From IMG/VR virus record IMGVR_UViG_3300044228_003731, positions 1 through 27,877 of that record: a stretch of DNA of 27,877 nucleotides; one strand, written 5' to 3'. The position numbers were made by a program, and so were the translations under genes. Below the pieces are notes generated by a model. That model had not been told where the DNA came from. It did not search any database and was given only the letters and a program-made list of their open reading frames with translations. The stretch is from a virus (Duplodnaviria; Caudoviricetes). Positions 13,847-23,879 of this stretch are shown here, piece by piece; the stretch's first letter is position 1, and every line of letters starts with the position of its first letter.

Positions 13847-16800
13847 CCACGCAGGCTTCCTATACCTTGAATGAGATCGGCATCTTCTGGAAATAATGCA
13901 GCAAACCTACGTCTGTCTACTTTTTGATTTTGCACAGGAGGCGCTATATTATTTAGTGAGGGGGACACAGCTGCTATATTGGTTGTTGGCGCAGCGTCTG
14001 GTGCTTGCCCTAATCTTATCGTTTCCGTTTCTATAAGAGAAGGTGTAACTGATTTTGTGTCACGGCCAATAACATTTGGTGGATCTACAGGGATAGGAAC
14101 ATTCTGTTGTCGTTTCTTCGCTTTTTCTTTATTTTCATTGTAGGATTTAGCTGAAATGTATCCCGCATTATACAAAAATTGATTCATGCGGCGGCTTCTC
14201 TCTAATTTTTTTACAGAAGTGTTTGCAAGATCCATCATTTCTTTGAATAAATTTGCATCAGCCGCTGCCGCAAACAAAAGATGTGACGCTGCCATATCAG
14301 GCACATCAACTAGAAATTCTACACCCTCTCGTGCAGCTAAGGCAGGTTCCGCCAATCCTTGTCCTTTTCCGGGTAAAATATCTGTTGTCATGGTACGACC
14401 TACCCGTAAAAAACTAAGTTGCACTAAAAGTCTAAAAAGACGACCACTCAAGGGTTCAGGTATTTTGACTGCTTCAAAATCTTTTATTCCTTTAAAGTTT
14501 CTTTGAACATCAATTCCTTCATTTATTAAGGTGTTCAATCGAACCGCAAACCCCTCATCAATTAAGCCGTTCTGCCGCATAATTTCTAAAGGCGAAAGGT
14601 CTTTCACATTCATGGGCTTTGTAAGAAATTCTTTCAACTTGAAAAAATTTAATTTGTTTTGGCCTAAATCATCTGTTTGGCCAGAGGCATAAGCGATAGC
14701 TTTTTCAAATATAGTATCCCGCAAGCCATTCTTTGCACCGGGAAATTTACCAGCGTCTGCCCTAACGACCCTTTTTATAAGATGTTCTAGTCCTTGCGAG
14801 CCATTTTTCGGTCTATTGTCTGGTGAGCCTAAAACAGTCCCTACTAATTTTCCTATATTTGCATCTTTTTTTGCAAAGTCTTGAAAACTAATCATGTTCT
14901 TTAAACGTGCTTGATAGGTTCCTGATTTTGCGACCTTGCCAAGAGGGCTCACACCTGTCTCTGTTCTTCGTGGATCACCTGTTCGTGTTAACATTAATGA
15001 CAAAGCATTTTCCGCTTTTTCAACAGTAGATAGGTCTGATATTAAATCTGGGAAGCGTGCGCTACCATCTTGATTAAAAAGAACAGTTCTATACTCTTTC
15101 TTAAAATCATTAAGTTTTTCGACAGTTATACGTCCCGAAGTAGGATCAATTAACTTATCTGCCGCTACTCTCAACAAATCTTCTTGTGCCGCGTGCAATG
15201 TGCCTAGTTTGCTTGTTAACGTCTTGTCAAACTCTAACCCCTCTTTATCTGCAAGAAATGTTATTGCATTATCAAGCTGATCATACCGAACAGAAAGCGC
15301 GTCCCCACCTCCACGAAACACAGAGGCGCTCAGTAACTCAGGCATAATCTGGCGTTCACCAGATCGTTTGGTCCCAAGTACAGCATTTGGAAAAGCTCTG
15401 TTAAAAACGTCATTAAGGGATTTTGAAAAGTTAAAAGCAGTTCTTAGCGCTAGTTGATTTTCTGTTAGAGCTGCTACTGATGAAGCCGTAAGCTCCTCCT
15501 CGCCCCCTGATTTTATGCCAAAATCTTTTTTCAATCCGTCTGCTAAGTCACTCAAAAAATGAGCTTCTTGAAATTCACTATCAGCAATATGTTTACGTGC
15601 AGCGTTTAATAATATGCTTCTGGCGTTCATTGCATCGCCCACAGTGATTATACCTTCTTCAGCAGTAAGATCCATGGGCCGCGCTGCGCGGAGCTTCTCT
15701 AACTCTAAGGTGTTGTTGATTATCTTAGCTTTTTCTTTCAGTATTGTTTTAATTCGAGCAACTTTTGGTGCCGAAAAATCAAATTCGGAAAAACCTATAT
15801 TCTCCTCTTTTCCCGGTCTTTCAAATTCAACAATGTGTTCTTGTATTTCTTTAAGTTGCTGTTCTAATTTTTCTGTAGGGTTTAACGCTTCAAACTCCTC
15901 TGGCGTTAAATCTCTGACACCACTTAAAGTTCCTCTAGTTGCTTTTTTTGGACTAAAATATTTTTTATTTGTTAGTCCATATTTTTTTATATCTTGAACA
16001 GCTTTCTTATGAGCTGTGAAAAGTCTTTTCATAAAATTAATTTGCTCTTGTATAAGACCTCTATCGCCCTCATCTGCTCGCATAGCCGCGTATAAATCCT
16101 TTAAATCGCGGCCAATTCTATCAAAACGTGCCTCCTCAAGCTGAAATTCTTTAGTGCTAATTTTTTTAAAATAACTTAAATCATCAAAACTTTTAGGTCG
16201 TAAAGCTAAACCAGCTTCATTTGTAGCTGTAAATGTAGTGGGTGCAGAATCTCCAAAAAAAGTCGCATCAAACAATTCTTGATATTGTCTTAAAGGGGAC
16301 TCAAATTCTCCAGCCTCTTTTCCATTTTCTACAATCTCCTCAAAATTAATTGCATTTTTGTTATTGTAGTTTTCATTAACTAAGCCTTCTCTTGCCATCT
16401 GAAGTTCAACATCATCTATGGGTTTACCATCTATCTTGAAACCTTCTATGTTTTCAAAAGCAAAGCTATCGTAATTACCTTCGTCAATGATTGTGTTAAC
16501 AAAATCAACAGCCTCGCTATCGATTGCACGCACATCATTTATAGTTGATTCAGATCTACTTATCTTATTGGTGACGTTTGCTATGCTAGTAGAAAGCTCA
16601 TCCGCAGCTTCTAGTGACTCCCCTTGTGCCTTTGCTAGTAATGCTTTTACGGGCAGCGGTATGTTTACTTGATAATCAAGCAACTCCTCTTGCATACTTT
16701 TAAATGCTGCTACAAATTCATCAACAGACATCTCATCTTTTTTGTCTATTAAATCATAAAGTTCTTTTTCTCTTCCACGCACATCCTTTAACGCTTGCTC

Positions 16801-18267
16801 AGTTACATTTGCTATGTTTAGAGAGGCCACTACTCCCGCTCTTGTATTAGGTGCCCCGTCTTCAGTCTTTGGCAAAAGATTTTTATTAGCACGTGTAGCA
16901 TTAAGATTTGCGTTATCTAACCTATTTGTAATTATTCCGCTCATCAGAGCTTTTTCAGAGTTCGCCGCTAGGGCAATCAAGGCTGGATCGCCAGTGTCTT
17001 TTAGTAACGTAACAAACTTAGCAACAGTCAAATAATCTTGCTCCATAGCCTTAGCAATTGTTGGACCTAAGTCTTTGTTTTGCGCTGCTAAATTCTTCGT
17101 TAAGTTAATTAAAGCAGGCTCTTTGGTAATTGTCGCAGGCATTGGTTTATACTTTTCCACATCTAAGCCATAGGCCTTTGCAAGCTGTTGTAGTCCTGTG
17201 AGCTGTTCGCCATCAACATCCGTAAATTGTTGAAGGGATTGTAAAATCCTCTTTGTGGTCCCCGGTCCGCCACCCGGTGTTTTTGGGTCTTCGAAAAACT
17301 GATACAATAAATTAGCTTGTTGTGTTTTTCGGCCCTGTGTGCTGAAAAATTTTTGAAACAGATTGATTCCTCTTACCGCAGCAGATTCTAGCGCATAATT
17401 TAGAAGCCCTGTAGGATTAGCCGCTCCAAATATTATCTCACCAGACGCTCGTACTAAAGGATTTCCCGGAAAGTAATTTTCAGCCAAAGCAGCGCCCTGT
17501 CCTGCGCTTAACAAAGCGTTGCCCTCTATCCAAGCACTACGTAAAGGAGCTTCTTTAAGAGTTTGTAATATTTTTTCACCGGGAGTTATACGTCCCATTA
17601 AGGCCGTCAAATTGTTTTGATAGCTTATCGCGCCGGGACCAAACCGTAAAGCGGCGGCAGAAGGACTAAGAACGGCCGGAATCCCTTGTCCAACAGTTAA
17701 TCCAAATTCAAATGGAACGTTCAAGCTTGGCTTGAGCGGGGTTTGATCAAAAAGATATTGATCTAATTGACCACCGGCAGGTATACCACTCGCGCCACCA
17801 ATAATCATGCCCGGAATAATACCCAAAGGACCAAACACACCAAATCCGGTCACAGCACCACTACCAGCCCCCGCTATGACAGGAAGACTTTGAATCGCAC
17901 CACGTTTAACGCCTTCAACAAAAGCCTCTGTCTTAGTAACATCGGCACGAACATTAAACATATCCTCAAGAATTTCATTATCCGAGTAACCTTTCGCTCG
18001 CGCACCTTGATAATCATATCCGCCGGGATAATTATCTATTCCATATTGAATTAAATCTGCATCGGAGTATCCTGATCTTCGTGCGCCTTTCACATCAAAT
18101 TGTTTAAAATCAATTATTTGTTGGTCTAAAATATTTGCTCTTTTTTGAGACACCTCAAAGGCAGGATCATCTGGCGTTAAATCTTGCGACAGGTCGAGTT
18201 GGGCGAGAGCCACGCCTCTATCTTCACCTGCTTGTAGTAATTGATCTTTAAGCGTTTCTTCCGCCAT
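13843..18267 (-). CDS. Large internal virion / DNA-ejection protein
   Basis: 1474 aa, helical. Gly-rich hydrophobic N-terminal segment, two D..GAR..GYSD repeats, C-terminal FAALFPED. Last large gene after the tail genes. Confidence 0.7.
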   Translation of the reverse strand: MAEETLKDQLLQAGEDRGVALAQLDLSQDLTPDDPAFEVSQKRANILDQQIIDFKQFDVKGARRSGYSDADLIQYGIDNYPGGYDYQGARAKGYSDNEILEDMFNVRADVTKTEAFVEGVKRGAIQSLPVIAGAGSGAVTGFGVFGPLGIIPGMIIGGASGIPAGGQLDQYLFDQTPLKPSLNVPFEFGLTVGQGIPAVLSPSAAALRFGPGAISYQNNLTALMGRITPGEKILQTLKEAPLRSAWIEGNALLSAGQGAALAENYFPGNPLVRASGEIIFGAANPTGLLNYALESAAVRGINLFQKFFSTQGRKTQQANLLYQFFEDPKTPGGGPGTTKRILQSLQQFTDVDGEQLTGLQQLAKAYGLDVEKYKPMPATITKEPALINLTKNLAAQNKDLGPTIAKAMEQDYLTVAKFVTLLKDTGDPALIALAANSEKALMSGIITNRLDNANLNATRANKNLLPKTEDGAPNTRAGVVASLNIANVTEQALKDVRGREKELYDLIDKKDEMSVDEFVAAFKSMQEELLDYQVNIPLPVKALLAKAQGESLEAADELSTSIANVTNKISRSESTINDVRAIDSEAVDFVNTIIDEGNYDSFAFENIEGFKIDGKPIDDVELQMAREGLVNENYNNKNAINFEEIVENGKEAGEFESPLRQYQELFDATFFGDSAPTTFTATNEAGLALRPKSFDDLSYFKKISTKEFQLEEARFDRIGRDLKDLYAAMRADEGDRGLIQEQINFMKRLFTAHKKAVQDIKKYGLTNKKYFSPKKATRGTLSGVRDLTPEEFEALNPTEKLEQQLKEIQEHIVEFERPGKEENIGFSEFDFSAPKVARIKTILKEKAKIINNTLELEKLRAARPMDLTAEEGIITVGDAMNARSILLNAARKHIADSEFQEAHFLSDLADGLKKDFGIKSGGEEELTASSVAALTENQLALRTAFNFSKSLNDVFNRAFPNAVLGTKRSGERQIMPELLSASVFRGGGDALSVRYDQLDNAITFLADKEGLEFDKTLTSKLGTLHAAQEDLLRVAADKLIDPTSGRITVEKLNDFKKEYRTVLFNQDGSARFPDLISDLSTVEKAENALSLMLTRTGDPRRTETGVSPLGKVAKSGTYQARLKNMISFQDFAKKDANIGKLVGTVLGSPDNRPKNGSQGLEHLIKRVVRADAGKFPGAKNGLRDTIFEKAIAYASGQTDDLGQNKLNFFKLKEFLTKPMNVKDLSPLEIMRQNGLIDEGFAVRLNTLINEGIDVQRNFKGIKDFEAVKIPEPLSGRLFRLLVQLSFLRVGRTMTTDILPGKGQGLAEPALAAREGVEFLVDVPDMAASHLLFAAAADANLFKEMMDLANTSVKKLERSRRMNQFLYNAGYISAKSYNENKEKAKKRQQNVPIPVDPPNVIGRDTKSVTPSLIETETIRLGQAPDAAPTTNIAAVSPSLNNIAPPVQNQKVDRRRFAALFPEDADLIQGIGSLRG

Positions 18268-21200
18268 TACGAATCACCAATACCTTTTCTAAAACTACTT
18301 AGCGGAGGTCTATTATCTTTTTTAGTGCCTAATGATCCGCCCCCTATTTCCGCTTGAAGCTTTTGACCGAGAATAGCGTAAGAATTTCTAACGTCCTTTA
18401 ATCGTTTTATTTTACCTTCAAGTGCTCCTTTTTGTGCAAGACTCATTGGCCCGTCTAACTCTGTTTCAAGCGGCAACAACGCATTATTTAAGGTGGCTAT
18501 TGTCGCCTCTATTTTATTATAAACACCCTGTGGACCTTTTCGTATGACTCCAAAATTAGGTAAAGTTCCTTCAATTTTCTTTCTTAATTCTTCACTCGTC
18601 TTGCCTTTGATAGAATCCATGTAAACAATGGTGGTTACTGTATTTAAGGAGTCGGCTAAATCAATAACTTTTTGTATTTGTGGAAAGGGTTTATCGGCAA
18701 TAAAGTTTATAAATTCAAAAGCCGTATTAATAGCTTGCGCACCAGCTCCTGTTATTCCGGTTGCTGGATTAATACTTTTTAAGTTTTTAATTATATCGTC
18801 AAAAGTTCTCTCATTAAGATCCCCCGCTACAAACGTATACCCGGGTTTAAAAATATTAGCTTGAGTCTTCTGATCCTTTGTTTTTTCAACAGGTGGCGGC
18901 TCTTGTCCCGCGATTGTGTATGTGGAAGGCAATGTTATTGTAGGATCATTTTTCTGCTTCTCTTGTCTCGCTTTAAGAGCATTTTGCCACTCCGGGGGAG
19001 GTGTAATCCCGGGAACTGTAACGCCACTAACAGCGTCCATCGTATCTTTCGTAGAGTTATCTAATACAAAATGAATTATGTTGTCTTCTTCTGGTGTGGT
19101 TTCACCGTCAGCATATAACTTAGCTAGAGCCAGTCCTTTTCGTTTTCCAACTTGTGTAAAAAATTTATTAAAGGATCGTTTTTCTCCTATGGAGTAATCA
19201 AGAAGCCCTGCCTGTAGCTTTTCATAATCAAACTTCTCTTGCTCTAATTCAGCCAACTCTCGTGAAATTTGGATTCTTTCTGCTTCATTCGCAGTTTGAA
19301 GATCTAACTTTTTCTGCTCCATCATAGTATCAATACGCTTGAGCTCTCTAGCATACGCTTGACCCCGAATAGCCATGTTTACCGCGTGCGTATGACCTTT
19401 TTCTTGTTTTTCAAGATCGTTAAGATGATTGAGGTTTAGGCGTTCAGCAATTAATTGACTTTCAAGCCTTAGATTGCCGCGCTTCATTAAATTATCAAGC
19501 TTCATGTTTTCTCGTTCAAGCTTTTGCGCCGCTATCTGTAATTCCTTATCGTTTTTAAAGTTTTCACTCAACTTTAACGTTTCAATACTTACCCTGTTTT
19601 CTTGTTTTAACTTTTCAAGTTCTTTACCAAAGCCTGCCTTCATTGTTTCTACAGATAATTTACCCGCAGTTTCTTGTGATATTTTTTTAGTTTGAAGAAT
19701 TAATTTTAATTTATTTTCAAAACCAAGTTGTGACATCTTAAGGGCAGATTTTTCGCGTTCTTTTGCAAGATCTATCTCACCCGATTTTATTAATTGAGCA
19801 ATTTTTGCATCAGAAGCTTTTTTAGCGGAAAGACCTGCCTCTCCTGCTGTGATTGCCGATAGCATTACAGCGCGATCTGCTGTTTTTTGTGCAGCTTCTT
19901 TATCTGTTAAGGTTTGAGCACGTGCACCAATTTTTGCTGGTAACTGTGTCTTTTGTGCCGCTAGGGCAAGACGTTCAGCAGCACTTAGGCCCGGGCGTTC
20001 TCCTTCCATAGGAGCAGCGAAAGCCAAACCAGTTTGGGCTAAATCAAAAAGAATTTGAGCTTTTGTAACATCTCTTTGCTTTTGTAAGTCCGCTGGGTCT
20101 GACAACAAAGCCTGTCGTGCTTTGAAAGCCTGTTGCACAAAGGGGTTTAATTCTGTTCCCGCAAGATTAACAAAGGGATCGGTCTTCGCGTCCCCACCAA
20201 GAGCGAAGTTTTGTACCGGGCGGACTTCACCGCCTTTGTTAAAATTTACGGGAGCAGTCCCGCCGGCCTCCATCATTGGTGGCTCAGGAACCGTGGACAT
20301 TATGCCCCCGGCCATCGGCCCCTCCATAGGTTGCGTCATCTCTTGCTGTGCAAGCTGACCAATACCTTGATCTACATTCGCTAACATCATAACGGGCTGT
20401 ACTAAGGTCAACACGGACTCTGGTGTCTGGTTCGCGTCACCCGGCCCGACAACTCCGGCTAGTTCCTGTCGTCTTTCTTCTACTGTTGCCTGATCGCCAC
20501 GCATGGTATTCATTACCTGTTCGTAGTTTTGTGCTTCATCTAAATCACCTATGCCACCGGCCGCCTGTGCTAAAGCGCTCTGCACTATGTTTGGATCAAG
20601 TTGATCTCCCATGGGCATAGGGGGCTGTTCTGGTGCAGGCATGGGCATAGGTGGCGCAGTCATCGGATCGCCGCCCATCTGCATACCCTTTACACCTTGC
20701 GCACCTATCTCTAAAATTTCTCTCGCCGCATCAACTCCCGGAGATAACATTCTAACAACATTTATTTGAAAATCTCTTGGGGCATTAACAAAATCATCTA
20801 GAGTCATGTTAGTGTTTTTTAGATATTGATTAAACTCCATTAGGCCTTCTTGTTTGCGTCTTTCTTTCATAACATTATTTAAGGTGGCATCTGGAGTAGG
20901 GTATCGACCTTCTTGGTAATTTACTGAGGGTAGTTCAGAAGCAGCTTCTTTTGATGGACGGACATAGCCCATATCTACCATCATCCCCTCTCCTAAAGGC
21001 GGCCCACCTGCTTCCATACCAACAGGGCCGCCATACTCTTTCTCTATTACTCCACGCCCTATAAGTATATCTTTTTGTGTTATCTTGCCGTCACCGCTCA
21101 GATCAGGAAACGCCGCGCCTCCCTCTTTATATGCTTGCACGGGCCTGCCCACATCAAACATCGGACGTTGGCCCACTGCGCCCAGATCCACCCCAAATCG

Positions 21201-21482
21201 TTGATTTGCCATATCGCCTACCTCTCCTATAAATTCATCTACCTCGCCTTGGTTTTCTTCAGCTAACTCTTGGTTTATAAATTGACCGAGTCTGTTTAAG
21301 GGACCAATGCGTCCTGCTTGTAACATACCTATGCCACCCATATCCAAGCCGGGGCGCATCGGAGGTCTTCTTTCTTCTTCAATCATTGGAACAGGCTCAG
21401 AAACAACTTCTGGCCGTAACCTCTCTTTTATTAACGGAGGCAAAGTTCCGCCCAAAAAAGGAAAAATAGGAGGCACACTCAT
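18267..21482 (-). CDS. Internal virion / ejection protein
   Basis: 1071 aa. Pro/Met-rich N-terminal part with repeated xxxGG motifs; long coiled-coil C-terminal part. Confidence 0.65.
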   Translation of the reverse strand: MSVPPIFPFLGGTLPPLIKERLRPEVVSEPVPMIEEERRPPMRPGLDMGGIGMLQAGRIGPLNRLGQFINQELAEENQGEVDEFIGEVGDMANQRFGVDLGAVGQRPMFDVGRPVQAYKEGGAAFPDLSGDGKITQKDILIGRGVIEKEYGGPVGMEAGGPPLGEGMMVDMGYVRPSKEAASELPSVNYQEGRYPTPDATLNNVMKERRKQEGLMEFNQYLKNTNMTLDDFVNAPRDFQINVVRMLSPGVDAAREILEIGAQGVKGMQMGGDPMTAPPMPMPAPEQPPMPMGDQLDPNIVQSALAQAAGGIGDLDEAQNYEQVMNTMRGDQATVEERRQELAGVVGPGDANQTPESVLTLVQPVMMLANVDQGIGQLAQQEMTQPMEGPMAGGIMSTVPEPPMMEAGGTAPVNFNKGGEVRPVQNFALGGDAKTDPFVNLAGTELNPFVQQAFKARQALLSDPADLQKQRDVTKAQILFDLAQTGLAFAAPMEGERPGLSAAERLALAAQKTQLPAKIGARAQTLTDKEAAQKTADRAVMLSAITAGEAGLSAKKASDAKIAQLIKSGEIDLAKEREKSALKMSQLGFENKLKLILQTKKISQETAGKLSVETMKAGFGKELEKLKQENRVSIETLKLSENFKNDKELQIAAQKLERENMKLDNLMKRGNLRLESQLIAERLNLNHLNDLEKQEKGHTHAVNMAIRGQAYARELKRIDTMMEQKKLDLQTANEAERIQISRELAELEQEKFDYEKLQAGLLDYSIGEKRSFNKFFTQVGKRKGLALAKLYADGETTPEEDNIIHFVLDNSTKDTMDAVSGVTVPGITPPPEWQNALKARQEKQKNDPTITLPSTYTIAGQEPPPVEKTKDQKTQANIFKPGYTFVAGDLNERTFDDIIKNLKSINPATGITGAGAQAINTAFEFINFIADKPFPQIQKVIDLADSLNTVTTIVYMDSIKGKTSEELRKKIEGTLPNFGVIRKGPQGVYNKIEATIATLNNALLPLETELDGPMSLAQKGALEGKIKRLKDVRNSYAILGQKLQAEIGGGSLGTKKDNRPPLSSFRKGIGDS

Positions 21483-22420
21483 TAAAATAACCCCGCCTGT
21501 TTAGCACCACCGTAAGCGGATAGACCGGCTACACCCAGACCAAATAACTGTTGCGCCGGAGACACATCAGGTCGCTGTACCTGTGATATTGTCATCTGTG
21601 AGGTTGGAGCTCCTCTGTATATATCAGACAAGAAACCAAGACGTTGATAAGGCTCATAAAGCTGCGCCATATCGCTCTTACGTTTTGCTTCCAATTCCGC
21701 CTGTTGCTGCAACTGCTGCTGTTTACCAAGCTGAAACTGTGTTTGTATGTCTCTTAACGCACTTTGTTGTGCCAACTCACCAATTCCGGCTCTTTGTACC
21801 CCAAGCTGTCCAAGAGTGCTTGCGCCCTGTAACCCTAATGCTCCAATACCCTGTGCGGCTTGTAGCTGTCTTGCTCTCTCACGCTCTGCGGCCTGCTGTG
21901 CCTGCAAAAAGTTTTGTGCTTGCGCTTGAGCTAAGGCCTGTGCTCTGTTTCTACCTATTTCTGTCTGCTGTATGCCTGCTCGACTGCCCCCAAACGCACC
22001 GGCTTGCGCGGCCCGTAGTCCCGCTTGCGCGGATTGTGTGTCAAAAGATCGGTTTATCTCATCAAAAACAGCCTGTTGGTAAGGGTTCATGTACTGAGAC
22101 ATTTGATCGCCCGTTACACCACTGGCCCCTGTTCTGAACATAGTACCGGCATCCCCTACAGCACTTGTCACCATTCCCGGTGCTTGGTCCATGGTTGTTT
22201 TTGCGCCTTGAATAAACTGTTGATAGCCGCCAATACCACCGCTTGCCGGTGAGGCAGCCGATAGAGCGGTGTCCTGTAGGCCTGACATACCCGCAACAAC
22301 CTGTTTAGGTACAGTTATTCTTTGATCTGCTAGTTTTTTAGCGCTTTCAAGTAGCCCCAGTTTATAGGCTTCTACCTCGGGTGCTTCACGTTGTATGACC
22401 TGTTGTGTTTCTACTGCCAT
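21482..22420 (-). CDS. Gln/Ala/Gly-rich internal virion (DNA pilot-like) protein
   Basis: YMNPY, GAFGGSR, Q-rich helices and a hydrophobic Gly-rich C-terminus. Confidence 0.7.
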   Translation of the reverse strand: MAVETQQVIQREAPEVEAYKLGLLESAKKLADQRITVPKQVVAGMSGLQDTALSAASPASGGIGGYQQFIQGAKTTMDQAPGMVTSAVGDAGTMFRTGASGVTGDQMSQYMNPYQQAVFDEINRSFDTQSAQAGLRAAQAGAFGGSRAGIQQTEIGRNRAQALAQAQAQNFLQAQQAAERERARQLQAAQGIGALGLQGASTLGQLGVQRAGIGELAQQSALRDIQTQFQLGKQQQLQQQAELEAKRKSDMAQLYEPYQRLGFLSDIYRGAPTSQMTISQVQRPDVSPAQQLFGLGVAGLSAYGGAKQAGLF

Positions 22421-23877
22421 TACGCCCTCGCCTTTGCTTCAAAGTTACGCATCATTGCGTACATATTTTGAATACCTTTTTCATTATCGCCACCACCGGC
22501 ACCGTTTACGGCATCTGTTGTCATAACAAACTCACCGGGCATCAACATAGCACGTACACTGTCTTTACCGGGTGTACCCTCATCCATACCTATACCACCA
22601 TTGCGTCGTGGAAATTCTTTTGCTTCCCCACCTGCTGCCGCATACTGCACGGGTGGGCTTGGGGCAAATTTAAATCGTGTCGGAACCATAAACGGGGGCT
22701 GTGATGGCATGATGTCTGTGCCTTGTACAATATACTTGCCCCTGTTCTCGTCTATAAGATCCTGACCTATTCTAATATCGTCCATATCTTCCATTTCCGG
22801 CGCATCAAAGAAACCACTTGCTGCGGCTAGTGTAGTCCCTGCCGCTATATTACCAACATTGCTGCTCAAAAACCCTCTTGTGTTAGCAGCATCTGCTAAT
22901 TTTGTAGCTTCAGTAACATCGGTAATACTTGGGTTTTGCCCCATCACATCTAGTGCCGTCACTGGTTTTTGTGGAAAAAAGGCTTCTTTAATATTTCCTT
23001 GCGCTAAGTTTTCACCAAAACCTAGCTGCGCTTTTGGTAAATTAACTCCTGTTCCTTCAGGGTTCATAAAGCGAGAATCTAGAACCTTTTCAGCAGTTCC
23101 GGGGGCAGTGCTCGCAGCGCTACTTGCTGCGTCCCCCGTAGCCCCACCAGTAGGAGCTGTCTCTGCCGAGCCTGCCATTGCTCTTTTATAAAAAGGTTGA
23201 GAAAAACCTTGAGTAATATTAGAGAGACTGCCTGCCTGTTTTAAAGCTTCTATACCACCCCCAAGAACATCTTTTCCTTGCATTAAAGCACTGCCGGCCC
23301 CAGTTGCAAAGCTAAGGGCCCCACCAGTAGCTCCTGCGCTTAAAGCACTACCAAAAGCCTGTTCTAAACTTTCACCTTGTATTAATCCCCCAATACCGGC
23401 ACCAAGAGCCGCACCATATATTGGACCAAAGAAAGCTGTACCCGCTATCGTCAATACAGGCTTGGCTACCTTACGGATAACATCGCCAACCTTATCAAAT
23501 ATATCTTTTAAAAAAAACTCAGGTAACCCCGTCTCAGGGTTTATAGAGTTTGCTTCTGTACCCACCACGTATCTTTCTGGGTCTTCGATACCCATATCTT
23601 TCAGATGATTAAATATAGAGTCTTTTAGTTTTGGGTTTTTATCTATTAATGCTTTCGGGACGACTAGCTCGCCTGTTTCAGCATGAACGAGCTTGTCGTC
23701 ACCATAACGGCCGTAGGAGGCCATGCGCACTGCAACATCTTGGATAGCGCCTAAGCCATCAGAGCCGAAGTTTTCTTGCGCCTTTTCTTTGTATAAAGCT
23801 TCTTTTTCGTGGTCTTCCAGATAGAAGTCGGCTATGCCACCGACTGGAAATGAAAAGGTTTTAAGTGCTTCGCCCAT
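22420..23877 (-). CDS. Internal virion protein with glycine-zipper-like segment
   Basis: GRYGD...GELVVP...INPETGLPEFF N-domain, Gly/Ala-rich middle, and C-terminal DSVRAMLMPGEFVM motif. Confidence 0.7.
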   Translation of the reverse strand: MGEALKTFSFPVGGIADFYLEDHEKEALYKEKAQENFGSDGLGAIQDVAVRMASYGRYGDDKLVHAETGELVVPKALIDKNPKLKDSIFNHLKDMGIEDPERYVVGTEANSINPETGLPEFFLKDIFDKVGDVIRKVAKPVLTIAGTAFFGPIYGAALGAGIGGLIQGESLEQAFGSALSAGATGGALSFATGAGSALMQGKDVLGGGIEALKQAGSLSNITQGFSQPFYKRAMAGSAETAPTGGATGDAASSAASTAPGTAEKVLDSRFMNPEGTGVNLPKAQLGFGENLAQGNIKEAFFPQKPVTALDVMGQNPSITDVTEATKLADAANTRGFLSSNVGNIAAGTTLAAASGFFDAPEMEDMDDIRIGQDLIDENRGKYIVQGTDIMPSQPPFMVPTRFKFAPSPPVQYAAAGGEAKEFPRRNGGIGMDEGTPGKDSVRAMLMPGEFVMTTDAVNGAGGGDNEKGIQNMYAMMRNFEAKARA

Positions 23878-23879
23878 AA

